This document shows positions 19,149 to 28,967 of a stretch of 64,000 nt of DNA, piece after piece (position 1 is the first letter of the stretch; the number at the start of each line of letters is the position of its first letter). Source of the stretch: Gammaproteobacteria bacterium (GTDB lineage: Bacteria; Pseudomonadota; Gammaproteobacteria; Eutrophobiales; Eutrophobiaceae); assembly GCA_965222155.1 (NCBI GenBank), contig CBDCTH010000012.1, positions 3,168,001 to 3,232,000 of the forward strand. The letters run 5' to 3'. The notes beneath the pieces are model-generated. The model did no database searches, was not told where the DNA came from, and saw only the letters and a program-made list of their open reading frames with translations. The position numbers and the translations under genes are program-made.

Positions 19149-19391
19149 CCCGGATATTACACCAGTTCGCTAGTTATAAACGGAAAGTTCTATGCTGTCA
19201 CAGAGTTATTCACGGTTTATTACTTTCATCGCCGTTGTAAACTGCGCTGGATGCGCTCTCACTTGTCTTTTGTACGCTGGCGGGCACGTGCTTCCTCAAC
19301 CAGAGTCCCGGCTATGCTTTCGGTCGCAGGCACCCGCCAGCGCACAAAATCCGGCGTGAGCATCACATCCACTGGTGTAATATCCGGGCTA
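19146..19391. mobile_element. MITE family A, copy 3 (no inserts; between pcnB and folK)
   Basis: Perfect 20-bp TIR tagcccggatattacaccag / ctggtgtaatatccgggcta; overlaps the pcnB TAG. Confidence 0.87.
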
Positions 19392-19397
19392 AGGCAT

Positions 19398-19895
19398 ATG
19401 GAAAGTTATATCGGGTTGGGCAGCAATCTTGATAACCCGGAATTACAGTTGACTACTGCCTTGGCGGCATTGAACGGTATCACGGACACTACCCTGGTGC
19501 AATATTCCTCATTCTACAGGAGTATACCGCTCGGCCCGGGCGCGCAACCTGATTTCATTAACGCGGTCGCCCTGATCGAAACCGACTTGACGGCAAAACA
19601 GCTCCTGGGTCGATTGCAGTTGATTGAAAACCGCCAGGGACGCGTTCGAGATGGACATAAATGGGGGCCGCGCACACTGGATCTTGATATGTTACTGTAT
19701 GGCAACGAGATCATAGACGAACCGGAGTTAACTGTACCCCACCCTGAAATGCGACATCGGAACTTTGTATTGATGCCACTATTTGAACTGGCCCCCGACG
19801 TGGAGATTCCGGGTCTGGGCAGGGTTGTCGAATTGCTGGCCGATATCGGCAGCGCAGGTATAACAAAACTGGGTGAGTGCAGCGCTGATGGATAA
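19398..19895 (+). CDS. folK: 6-hydroxymethyl-7,8-dihydropterin pyrophosphokinase
   Basis: YIGLGSNL, QPDFINAV, WGPRTLDLD, LTVPHP; start moved to ATG 19398. Confidence 0.95.
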   Translation: MESYIGLGSNLDNPELQLTTALAALNGITDTTLVQYSSFYRSIPLGPGAQPDFINAVALIETDLTAKQLLGRLQLIENRQGRVRDGHKWGPRTLDLDMLLYGNEIIDEPELTVPHPEMRHRNFVLMPLFELAPDVEIPGLGRVVELLADIGSAGITKLGECSADG

Positions 19896-20532
19896 AGACA
19901 CATTCGGGTATATAGTTGTGGAAGGCCCGGTTGGTGCCGGCAAAACAGGGCTGGCAAGACGACTGGCTGACAACCTGGACATTAATCTGTTGTTGGAGCG
20001 CGCCATCGGCAATCCCTTTCTGCCGGAGATTTACCAACACCCGGGTTCCGCCGCCTTATCGGCACAGTTACATTTTTTATTCGAGCACGTAAAGCAGGTG
20101 CGGGCGCTCCGACAAGCTGACCTGTTCTCGCCCAACCAGGTAGCCGATTTCCTGATCCAGGCGAACAGGTTATTTGCTGAAGCCACGTTGACTCCGGACG
20201 AGCTGGACTTGTACTACCAGGTCTACAACATCCTGATCGACGATGCCCCTGTCCCTGACCTGGTCATCTATCTGCAGTCGTCTGTCGAAGTGATGGTAAA
20301 GCGCATCCGCGCCCGTGACGGGAACCATGAGATAAAAATTGACAGGGATTACCTGCAAAAAATTTCAGATGCTTATACTGACTTTTTCTATCATTATGAT
20401 GCTTCGTCGTTACTGATTGTCAACACGACGGACCTGGACTTCAGCGGTGAGCGCGGCGACTATGACGTGTTGTTGAATTACCTGGAGGGTATCGGCCCGG
20501 GACGACATTACTTTAACCCCCAGGAACTATGA
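19888..20532 (+). CDS. Deoxynucleoside kinase family protein
   Basis: VEGPVGAGKT P-loop, PDLVIYL; folK-dNK-panB synteny. Confidence 0.88.
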   Translation: MDKDTFGYIVVEGPVGAGKTGLARRLADNLDINLLLERAIGNPFLPEIYQHPGSAALSAQLHFLFEHVKQVRALRQADLFSPNQVADFLIQANRLFAEATLTPDELDLYYQVYNILIDDAPVPDLVIYLQSSVEVMVKRIRARDGNHEIKIDRDYLQKISDAYTDFFYHYDASSLLIVNTTDLDFSGERGDYDVLLNYLEGIGPGRHYFNPQEL

Positions 20533-21326
20533 CTGAAAAAATTACAATTGCCCACTTGCACGGGCTGAAAAAGGCGGGTGAGAAAATTGTCAGCCTGACC
20601 GCGTATGACACGAGTTTTGCCAGGATACTGGATGCGGCCGGCGTGGAAATTGTACTGGTGGGAGATTCGCTGGGCATGGTATTGCATGGTAAGGAGGATA
20701 CCCTTGCCGTTTCCATGGAAGACATGGTCTACCACAGCAGGATAGTCAGTGAGGCCTGTCGGCGAGCACTGGTCGTGGTCGACATGCCCTATCGGAGTTA
20801 TATGACCGAATCTGCGGCGTATGCCAGTGCGCTCAGACTGATAGAGGCGGGCGGGGCCGAGATTGTCAAGCTGGAAGGTGGCGTGGAGCAAGCGGACATC
20901 GTGGCGAGCCTGGTAGACCGGGGTATTCCCGTTTGCGGCCATGTCGGTTTGCTGCCACAATCCGTCAGGGAGCACGGGGGATACAAAGTCCAGGGCAGGA
21001 GTATAGAGCAGGCTGAACGCATTATGGCAGACTCCAGGGCATTACAGGCGGCAGGCGCCTGTATGGTGGTCCTGGAATGTATCCCTGCTGCCCTGGCTGA
21101 ACGTATCAGCAGGGAGATCACAATCCCCACGATAGGTATAGGGGCGGGAGTGAACTGTGACGGGCAGGTCCTGGTGGTATATGATGTAGTGGGTTTGTCG
21201 GCGCGCGCCCCGAAAATGGCAAAGAATTTCCTGGATGAAGCCGGTAGCATCCAGGCGGCTGTGAAAGAATATGTGTGCGCGGTAAAATCCGGTCAGTTCC
21301 CGGGGCCGGAACACTCATTCGAATAA
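20529..21326 (+). CDS. panB: 3-methyl-2-oxobutanoate hydroxymethyltransferase
   Basis: LTAYD, LVGDSLG, VKLEGG, GIGAG..CDGQVLV. Confidence 0.97.
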   Translation: MTEKITIAHLHGLKKAGEKIVSLTAYDTSFARILDAAGVEIVLVGDSLGMVLHGKEDTLAVSMEDMVYHSRIVSEACRRALVVVDMPYRSYMTESAAYASALRLIEAGGAEIVKLEGGVEQADIVASLVDRGIPVCGHVGLLPQSVREHGGYKVQGRSIEQAERIMADSRALQAAGACMVVLECIPAALAERISREITIPTIGIGAGVNCDGQVLVVYDVVGLSARAPKMAKNFLDEAGSIQAAVKEYVCAVKSGQFPGPEHSFE

Positions 21327-21399
21327 TATAATAATGGAATTATCGAACCAGCAAACCGTGGATGAACACATAACTGCGCCCTTCACCGGGACGCCGATT

Positions 21400-22254
21400 A
21401 TGCAAACCGTATCGAGTTTGACCGGGTTGCGTTCCATTATCGGCAGGTGGAAAAGGTCGGGATATACCATTGCCCTTGTTCCTACCATGGGGAACCTGCA
21501 TGACGGGCATATCTCATTGCTCAACCACGCCCGCGAATGCGCTGATCGGACTGTGTTGAGTATATTTGTCAACCCGATACAATTCGGTAAAGGGGAGGAT
21601 TACGACAAGTATCCCAGTACGCTGGCCGATGACAAGAACAAACTGGAAAAATATGGACTTGACCTGCTGTTTACTCCCGATTTGAAACAACTTTATCCCG
21701 GCGGCACCGATATCGATACCCGAATCAATGTGCCCGAATTATCGAACATACTGTGCGGCGAATCCAGGCCCAACCATTTCTCCGGCGTTGCCACTGTGGT
21801 GGCAAAACTGCTCGGCAATGTTCAACCGGACATGGCTTTTTTCGGCGAGAAGGATTACCAGCAATTGCTCGTCATCAAACGCATTGCTCATGATTTATGC
21901 CTGCCTGTCGATATCGTCGGATTGCCCATCGTGCGGGAACCCGACGGGCTGGCAATGAGTTCCCGTAACGCCTACCTGGCACAGAACGAACGGCGCAGGG
22001 CGCCGGAGATTTACCTGACACTGAAAGCTGCCGCAGAGAGCTTGCGGCACGGCAAAAAAGGCATTGATGATATAGAACAGGAGGCACTGGCCAGGTTGGA
22101 GAAAGCCGGGTTCAGGCCGGAATACGTCAGCATCAGGCGCAGCGAAGATCTGCGCACGCCGATGCCGGGTGATACCCGGTTATCTATCCTGGTCGCCGCC
22201 TGGCTGGGCCCGGCCCGGTTGATTGATAACCTTAAAGTCCGGATTACACCCTGA
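21400..22254 (+). CDS. panC: Pantoate--beta-alanine ligase
   Basis: VPTMGNLHDGH, FGEKDYQQL, GLAMSSRN, RLIDN; start moved to ATG 21400. Confidence 0.97.
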   Translation: MQTVSSLTGLRSIIGRWKRSGYTIALVPTMGNLHDGHISLLNHARECADRTVLSIFVNPIQFGKGEDYDKYPSTLADDKNKLEKYGLDLLFTPDLKQLYPGGTDIDTRINVPELSNILCGESRPNHFSGVATVVAKLLGNVQPDMAFFGEKDYQQLLVIKRIAHDLCLPVDIVGLPIVREPDGLAMSSRNAYLAQNERRRAPEIYLTLKAAAESLRHGKKGIDDIEQEALARLEKAGFRPEYVSIRRSEDLRTPMPGDTRLSILVAAWLGPARLIDNLKVRITP

Positions 22255-22288
22255 CAGGACCCGCCACCTTAATGCGTGATGACGTATT

Positions 22289-23050
22289 GTGAAACAATCA
22301 GACCAGATAACTGCGTGCCTGATCATCATCGGCAATGAAATTCTATCCGGCCGCACCCAGGATGCAAACCTGGCGATCGTCGGAAAAAAATGTGACGCCC
22401 TGGGGATCCGTCTTACGGAGACCAGGGTCATTCCCGATGTTGAGGCAACCATCATCACGACGGTCAACGCCTGCCGGACCGACTTCACCTATGTCTTTAC
22501 CACCGGCGGTATCGGACCCACCCATGATGATATCACCGCGGCAGCCATCGCCCGTGCATTCGACGTTGAACTGGAACGCAACAGTGAAGCCGTGGCAGCA
22601 ATGGACCGGTATTACGAGCCCGGCCGTTTAACCGAAGCCAGGCTGAAAATGGCGGATATACCGGCAGGCGCCCGGTTGATAGACAACCCGGTCAGCGGCG
22701 CGCCGGGATTTCAGCTTGATAACGTGTTCGTACTGCCCGGGGTTCCGGTCATAATGGAGGCCATGTTAGAAGGGCTTACCGACAGGCTGGTTGGTGGAGA
22801 ACCGGTTCTCACGGAAAATGTCACAACCAACCTCGCCGAAAGTGTGATAGCCGATGACCTTGGGGCCTTACAGGAAATGTACCCCGATGTCAGTATGGGT
22901 AGTTACCCATATTTCAGGAAAGGAAAACTCGGTGTGAACCTGGTGCTGCGCGCCACAAATAAAGCCCGGATAAAAGCTGCTGCAGACGAGCTTGGGACAA
23001 CCATTGCCGGGTTAAAGGGTAAAATATTGAACCAGCGGACTCTATTGTAA
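22289..23050 (+). CDS. CinA-like molybdopterin-binding domain protein
   Basis: IGNEILSGRTQDAN, TTGGIGPTHDDIT, VLPGVP. Confidence 0.9.
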   Translation: MKQSDQITACLIIIGNEILSGRTQDANLAIVGKKCDALGIRLTETRVIPDVEATIITTVNACRTDFTYVFTTGGIGPTHDDITAAAIARAFDVELERNSEAVAAMDRYYEPGRLTEARLKMADIPAGARLIDNPVSGAPGFQLDNVFVLPGVPVIMEAMLEGLTDRLVGGEPVLTENVTTNLAESVIADDLGALQEMYPDVSMGSYPYFRKGKLGVNLVLRATNKARIKAAADELGTTIAGLKGKILNQRTLL

Positions 23051-23076
23051 ATCGCCCCCTTTTCTTCCATGACGTT

Positions 23077-23787
23077 ATGAAGATCGACGACGGTATCACC
23101 GCAAAACGTTCCGCCTGGGCATTCACCGCTGAGATAGCGGAGGCATTCCCGGAACACGCCACACGTTCCATTCCCTGTTATCAGGACGGACATGATCTCA
23201 TCTGTCATCTGAGTGATTTTTTCGTAGCGCCGGACAGTGTTGTTTATGACCTCGGCTGTTCAACCGGCCAGTTGCTGGAAAAACTGGCCGCGTATAATCA
23301 GCATAAGGCCAATGTGCGCTGGATAGGGCTGGATAAGGAGCAGGACATGATCAACCAGGCGCTGAAAACCTGTGCCGGCCTGAATAATGTGGAGTTCCAT
23401 TGCGAGGACATACTGACCTGCGGATTCGATAAGCCCGACATGATCATTGCTTATTATACGGTCCAGTTTATCGAAGAGAGGAACAGGCAGGCATTGATCG
23501 ACAAGATATACCAGGCGCTGAACTGGGGCGGGGCATTCATCCTGTTTGAAAAAGTCGGCGCGCCCGATTCCCGTTTCCAGGACATGATGTCCTGTTTGTA
23601 CCGTGAATTCAAACAACGCAACGGCTTCAGTTCCGATGAGATACTGAACAAGGAAACCAGCCTGAAAGGCGTGCTGAAACCGTTTTCCACGGCCGGCAAC
23701 CTGGGCCTGCTGAACCGGGCTGGTTTTGTGGACGTGATGACCATCATGAAATACGTCAGTTTCGAAGGCTTTCTTGCCATCAAGTAG
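23077..23787 (+). CDS. CmoA-like class I SAM-dependent transferase
   Basis: F..H..RSIP.Y, YDLGCSTG, YTVQF, ILFEK. Confidence 0.75.
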   Translation: MKIDDGITAKRSAWAFTAEIAEAFPEHATRSIPCYQDGHDLICHLSDFFVAPDSVVYDLGCSTGQLLEKLAAYNQHKANVRWIGLDKEQDMINQALKTCAGLNNVEFHCEDILTCGFDKPDMIIAYYTVQFIEERNRQALIDKIYQALNWGGAFILFEKVGAPDSRFQDMMSCLYREFKQRNGFSSDEILNKETSLKGVLKPFSTAGNLGLLNRAGFVDVMTIMKYVSFEGFLAIK

Positions 23788-23831
23788 ACCTGGGTTATTG
23801 ACGTAGCGGGTGTCGTGCCACCACCATTCTA

Positions 23832-23985
23832 AGGAACCTCTGATTAAGTCAGAGGTTCCTACGATACAAGGATGTATCGTCAAAATCAATGCCGATAAGG
23901 CATTGATTTTGTGAGGAAAACAAAAATCGCAATTTTTGTTTTCCGTACTCTGACAAGTCCTGGATGGACTTGTTCAGAGTTTCCC
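23832..23985. mobile_element. Multi-hairpin MITE-like element with GGAACCTCT ends
   Basis: Ends aggaacctctga / tcagagtttccc; five consecutive stem-loops. Confidence 0.65.
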
Positions 23986-24046
23986 TAAGTTGCAATATGC
24001 AATATCCTGCCATGTGCGGGCAATGAACTATTGACGGGAACTGCCT

Positions 24047-24991
24047 TCATCGTCGTAATACCAGAAAAATACCGATGCCGATAAGCACCGCACAGATGAT
24101 GTGGTAATACTGCAGGTGTTCATCCAGGAAGATAATCGCCATGATGGTTGCAAAGATTGGGATCAGGTTGATGAACATGCCGGCGCGGCTCGGACCGATG
24201 AGTTGATTCCCTTGGTTCCACAGCAGTATCCCGAATACGGTTCCCACCAATGTCATGCCGACAATAGCGTATAGTGCGATAGCGTTGAGCGGCACCGGTC
24301 TGTAGATGAGGGTTTCGATGATATAAAACGGAATCACAAGAATACTGCCCGTTAAGATGATCATGAACAGGGCTTCAACAGGACTCAGCATTTTGGGAAT
24401 TTTCCCTATGTTGACCGCATACAGCGCATAACCGGCTGAGCCCAGCACTATCAGGATGTCTCCGAGATTGAACTGTAACCGGAGCAGCGCCGCCAGGTCC
24501 ATCCTGGCAATCATGGCTATAACACCGACAAGCCCCAGCGTAACACCGCAAATCTGCGACAATCGCAACCGTTCATGCAGTAACAGCATAGCCAGCAACA
24601 CGGTGAACACGGGTTGTATGGCATTGATTATGGAGGCATTGATCGCCGTGGTGAAATTCAGGCCGATGAGGATGAGGGTCGTGCTCGTAATCATGATGCC
24701 GCCGAGCAGGGTGAGCGGCCGGATATGCGCCCGGATAACCGATGCGTTCAGTTTCAGCCTCGGGTAGATGAATGGCAACAGGATAAACGCCCCGAGAAAC
24801 CAGCGCCAGAATGACAACCCCACAGGCGGCACTTCGGTTCGAATACCGCGCCCCACCACATGGACAAAGGCAAAGGCAAGCGAAGCCAATGTGAGAATCA
24901 GGCAAGCATATAACCCAGTACGGGATCGAAACAGGCTGATGTTTGATTCGGCAGGTCCGGATGTTTTCACCATTCCAGTATTTTCTACCAT
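24047..24991 (-). CDS. DMT/EamA family transporter
   Basis: About 10 hydrophobic helices, two EamA halves, TTAINAS, GPSRAGMFINLIP. Confidence 0.9.
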   Translation of the reverse strand: MVENTGMVKTSGPAESNISLFRSRTGLYACLILTLASLAFAFVHVVGRGIRTEVPPVGLSFWRWFLGAFILLPFIYPRLKLNASVIRAHIRPLTLLGGIMITSTTLILIGLNFTTAINASIINAIQPVFTVLLAMLLLHERLRLSQICGVTLGLVGVIAMIARMDLAALLRLQFNLGDILIVLGSAGYALYAVNIGKIPKMLSPVEALFMIILTGSILVIPFYIIETLIYRPVPLNAIALYAIVGMTLVGTVFGILLWNQGNQLIGPSRAGMFINLIPIFATIMAIIFLDEHLQYYHIICAVLIGIGIFLVLRR

Positions 24992-25063
24992 AGCAAGGTT
25001 GTATTCAAAGATTGATCTGCTCCGCCATCATTACCTGACCCTGGTAGAGAGTGATACGGTTGT

Positions 25064-25078
25064 TTGGTGCCGGGAGAG
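25064..25078. repeat. att-like direct repeat of the tRNA-Leu 3' end
   Basis: ttggtgccgggagag is identical at 25064-25078 and 28967-28981. Confidence 0.85.
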
Positions 25079-25572
25079 GGATTAGAAATATTTATACAAC
25101 GTATTGATTATATTTGTATTTCTATTATATCTACTAGGCTCTCCCCACAATATTCCCAACATAATAATAAATACATACGTGTGTATAACCACTTGTTTCC
25201 CATGTTTGCATGCTAGGTCTGCAATTGTGAGAAGACGATAATTAGCTATACATGCAACTAAATATCCGCTAGTTAAACGGATCTGCGGTTTAATCTCAGT
25301 AACTTAAATGTCGGTAAGTAGTAATTGCGATATGTAGAACTAAATATTACGAGAACAGCGCACCAAGACAGGTACCATTAAGAATTCTGGGTAGTAGATT
25401 CAGTTCAAAATTCACTTTTTTGTGTGTGCCACGGTTTATTAGGTGGTTAAACAAGTCTGGTATTTTGCAAAAGTTTAATTTATTGTTTTTACTATATTAG
25501 GTATGTAGAATATCCAAAAGCGAGGCCTGTCTATTCGTATCTATACGATTTTTCTATAAAAATTTTGATTCA

Positions 25573-25932
25573 ATGACTCAGAAATCTCAAACTAGAGGAA
25601 ATGGTGGCGTAAAGCTTCCTGAACGAGTTAAATTCCATTATTTAAAAGCTACGCATTTCAGAACTATACATGCAGATGGTGCTATCGGTAATATTACGCC
25701 TGCGGGTTACATCCATATGGCAATGTATAATGAGCGGCCCGCAATACCACGGGAATTAGTTCATAAAATAAATCCTGATGGGACTTTGGGTGAAATCATA
25801 CCGGAGGAGACAGTTGACCGCGGAGGAATAGTAAGAGAAATGGAAGTAGATGTATTAATGAGTGTTGAAGTTACAAGAAGTATAATAAATTGGCTGGAAG
25901 ATAAAATAAAATCGATTGAAAAAAGGAAATAA
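25573..25932 (+). CDS. Hypothetical protein (island cassette gene 1)
   Basis: Intact AT-rich 119-aa ORF; FRTIHADGAIG...YNERPAIP...VREMEVDVLMS. Confidence 0.8.
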   Translation: MTQKSQTRGNGGVKLPERVKFHYLKATHFRTIHADGAIGNITPAGYIHMAMYNERPAIPRELVHKINPDGTLGEIIPEETVDRGGIVREMEVDVLMSVEVTRSIINWLEDKIKSIEKRK

Positions 25933-25959
25933 TTAAATCATCAAAAGAGTGAGTGAGAT

Positions 25960-26427
25960 ATGAATTATGCCGCGATATTAGAAGTAGACGATTCCAGCCA
26001 GTATCTTTCTGGTGGATTTTGGAGAACCATTACACGTCCAGAGCCAGCAAAAATTAGAACTAAATCAATAGCTCCTACTCTTGTCCCAAATTATCGAAAA
26101 ACAGTACAAAAAGAGGCTGAAAATTTTGAAAATGAAGTGAAGTTTTTAATCGAACGATGGACAAATGAAGTTAAGAATATATCTTCATTTTCAGATATGG
26201 TTTCGCATAAAGATTATAAAACTATCTCAGCTAAAGGCAGTGGGGTTATTCCTATTTTGTTAAATGAATTACGTCACAGGCCTCATTTCTGGTTCGATGC
26301 ATTACAAATACTCATAAAAGCAAATCTGGGTATTGATGAAGACCCAGTAAATGAAGTGGATCGTGGCGATTTACTTAAAATGGCAGCCGCGTGGATAGCC
26401 TGGGGGGAAGAATACGAGTTAATTTAA
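25960..26427 (+). CDS. Hypothetical helical protein (island cassette gene 2)
   Basis: Intact 155-aa ORF; C-terminal W..E....SS...H..Y..I, IPILLNEL, WFDAL, DPV...DRG, AW..WG pattern. Confidence 0.8.
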   Translation: MNYAAILEVDDSSQYLSGGFWRTITRPEPAKIRTKSIAPTLVPNYRKTVQKEAENFENEVKFLIERWTNEVKNISSFSDMVSHKDYKTISAKGSGVIPILLNELRHRPHFWFDALQILIKANLGIDEDPVNEVDRGDLLKMAAAWIAWGEEYELI

Positions 26428-26431
26428 AAAA

Positions 26432-26860
26432 ATGCCATTGGACACGAAACAGTTTCCTAATGCTTTACAAGGATGCTTCGATAGAAGCCCTGAAAGTAGA
26501 TTCTATAATTGTATAGCTTTCGTAGCGGGGGATACTGCACGCAACTGGTGGCCAAATAGCCGAATGACGTATTGGCCAAAAGATATTCCAGCAAAAGAGA
26601 CAGTTAATTCTTTTCTCAAATTATATCAATATCTTGGATACACAAATTGCAAAGATGGATCGTATGAAAATGGCTTTGAAAAAGTTGCGATATATGCTTT
26701 AAATAAAAAAGTTACACATGCTGCTCGCCAGTTATCCAATGGAAATTGGGAAAGTAAAATTGGACATAATGTGGATATTGAGCATGAGACAGTTGAAAAT
26801 CTTGAGGGGCCGTGTTACGGGACAGCTGTTCGATATCTTAAACGGCCAAAATCAAGCTAG
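26432..26860 (+). CDS. Putative Cys-His (papain/NlpC-P60-like) enzyme, possibly DUF7689-like (island cassette gene 3)
   Basis: YNCIAF (Cys27), THAARQ (His96), WESKIG, DIEH, YG motifs; family name is from recall only. Confidence 0.65.
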   Translation: MPLDTKQFPNALQGCFDRSPESRFYNCIAFVAGDTARNWWPNSRMTYWPKDIPAKETVNSFLKLYQYLGYTNCKDGSYENGFEKVAIYALNKKVTHAARQLSNGNWESKIGHNVDIEHETVENLEGPCYGTAVRYLKRPKSS

Positions 26861-26862
26861 CT

Positions 26863-27558
26863 GGGACTGTAAATATTTCTGTGTAAATCGCCGGTTAAAC
26901 ATAATCAATCAGCCGGTCCTCAAACTCAATGATAAACCGGTTCAGCGCCCCTTTCCCGTTACGGATCGGCATGGTCCATTTTTTTGAAGCATCCATGACC
27001 GCCAGGTAGACGACCTTCCTGGTCGAATCGTCCGAGGGGAACAGCTTGCGCTTCTTGATGGCTTTGCGGATCACGCTGTTCAGGGATTCGACCGCATTGG
27101 TCGACTAGATCGCTTTACGAATGTCTTCCGGATAGCGGAACAGGGTGTTCAGGTTGTGCCAGTGATGGCGCCAGGTTCGACTGATATGGGGATATTTCTC
27201 ATCCCAGCGTGCCGCAAACTGGTCCAGCGCCAACAGCGCCTCGTCCTCGGTGGCCGATTGGTAGATCCGCTTTAACTCTGCGCTGACGGCCTTGTAGTCC
27301 TTCCAGGGTACATACTTCATGGAATTGCGTACCCTGTGCACAATACAGCGCTGAATCTGCGTAGCCGGGAAGACGCTGTTGATGGCATCGGGGAATCCCT
27401 TTAGCCCATCCACGCAGGCAATCAGGATGTCCTTCACCCCGCGATTCTGCAGCTCTGTGAGGATAGCCAGCCAGCATTTGGCCCCCTCACTCTCGGCCAG
27501 CCACAGCCCCAGTCACGCCTTGTAACCCGCCAGATTCACCCCCAGCGCCAGGTAGATC
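26863..27558 (-). mobile_element. IS256-family remnant (3' half of transposase plus one end)
   Basis: DILIACVDGLKGFPDAI, QRCIVH, YPEDIRKAI; internal stop; end gggactgtaaatatttctgtgtaa. Confidence 0.9.
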
Positions 27559-28866
27559 GTCGTCCCTGAAAAACCCGATAATTCATTATAACTCATTGAT
27601 CATATTGACGTAAGTTGTATTTATTCCTGGACTGATATTGCCGGTTTTGGTATCATGGGTCTTCATTTTCTTGCACTATCGGAGGCAAAAATGATGCCCA
27701 GGCACGCTGACGCTGATACCCGCACCGCCACCGACCTGTTCCGCGAACGACTGGACACTATGCTCAACCCACGGCATCCGTTATAGCGCCTGGCCGATCG
27801 GGTGGACTGGTCGGTGTTGGACAAGGCATTCGGCTCGCTGTAGTGCCCGGACAACGGCGGTCCGGGGACACCGACGCGGGTGAGGGTGGGGTTGCTCTAT
27901 CTCAAGCATAGGTACGGGTTATCCGATGCGGCGGTGGTGTCGGGCTGGGTGGAGAATCCGTACTGGCAGTCTGTCTGCGGGGCGGTGTACTTTCAGCACG
28001 AGGCGCCGCTAGACCCGAGCAGTGTGACGCGGTATCGCCAACGCATCGGTGAGACGGGCTGTGAGCGGCTGTTGCAGGTGACGGTGGCGGCGGGGGTGCA
28101 GCGCGGGACAGTGACGCCCCGTAACGTCAAGCGGGTGACGGTGGACACCCCGGTACCGGAGCAGGCGGTGAGTTATGCGACCGACAGCAAGCTGTTGAAC
28201 CGGTCACGAGCGCGTCGGGTACGGTGATGTCGCAAGCAGGGGGTCACAGTACGTCAGAGCACTGCCCGCCAGGGACCCAAGGCGCTGCAACAGGCCAAGC
28301 GCTACGCTCATGCGAAACAGTACCGGCGACTGCGGCGTTGCGTGAAGCGCTTACGCACCTGCCTGGGCCGGGGAGTGCGTGACAGTGACCGTAAAACCGC
28401 GGATAACAAGGCACAGCAGGCGCTGTTTGCGGACGAGTTGGCCCTGGCCAAGCGACTGCTGGTGCAACAGAAACAGGCTAAAAATAAGCGGTACTCCCTG
28501 CACGCCCCGGAGGTGGCGTGCATCAGCAAGGGGACAGTGGCGAAGCGGTATGACAAATCGTCAAGACAGACGATTTGCACGGCGCAAGCCGCCCGCAGGG
28601 TTGCGCCCAGAGCCTGCCCCCCTGCTTACAACCGCAGGGGCAAGCTCTGTATGGAGTTGAGCAGGGGGAGGGGCGCAATGAATTCGGGGTGAAGGCGAGT
28701 AGTGCCACGACGAACAAGAGCAACGTTGTCGTGGGCGGTAGGGCCGTGCCGGGCAACCCCTATGACGGGCACACCTTGAAGACGGCCCTGGCACAGGTGC
28801 GGCGCTTGACCGGGACAAGTAGTGACGAGGCGTTTGTGGACAGCGGCTATCGGGGGCATGATAATG
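27559..28866 (+). mobile_element. Degenerate IS5-family element abutting the IS256 remnant
   Basis: IR gtcgtccctgaaaaaccc; WVENPYWQ, YSLHAPEV, EFGVK, GNPYDGHTL, VDSGYRGH; internal stops and a 128-bp insert. Confidence 0.88.
28552..28679. repeat. 72-bp structured module with 56 bp of nested mini-repeats, inserted into the IS5 transposase
   Basis: Homologous to 5493-5564; removing it restores the reading KRY-EFGVK. Confidence 0.8.
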
Positions 28867-28967
28867 GATAGAAGATGTCAAGAACTGATGAGAGAATAAT
28901 TATCAATAAAAAATAATAGTTTATATGACATAAACAGGACTTTATGAAAGACTATAAAACAGAGAAT

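Noticed and set aside
25065-25090. Second tRNA-Leu gene
   Set aside because: Only the 3' ~15 bp match; there is no anticodon or D arm, so it is an att copy.
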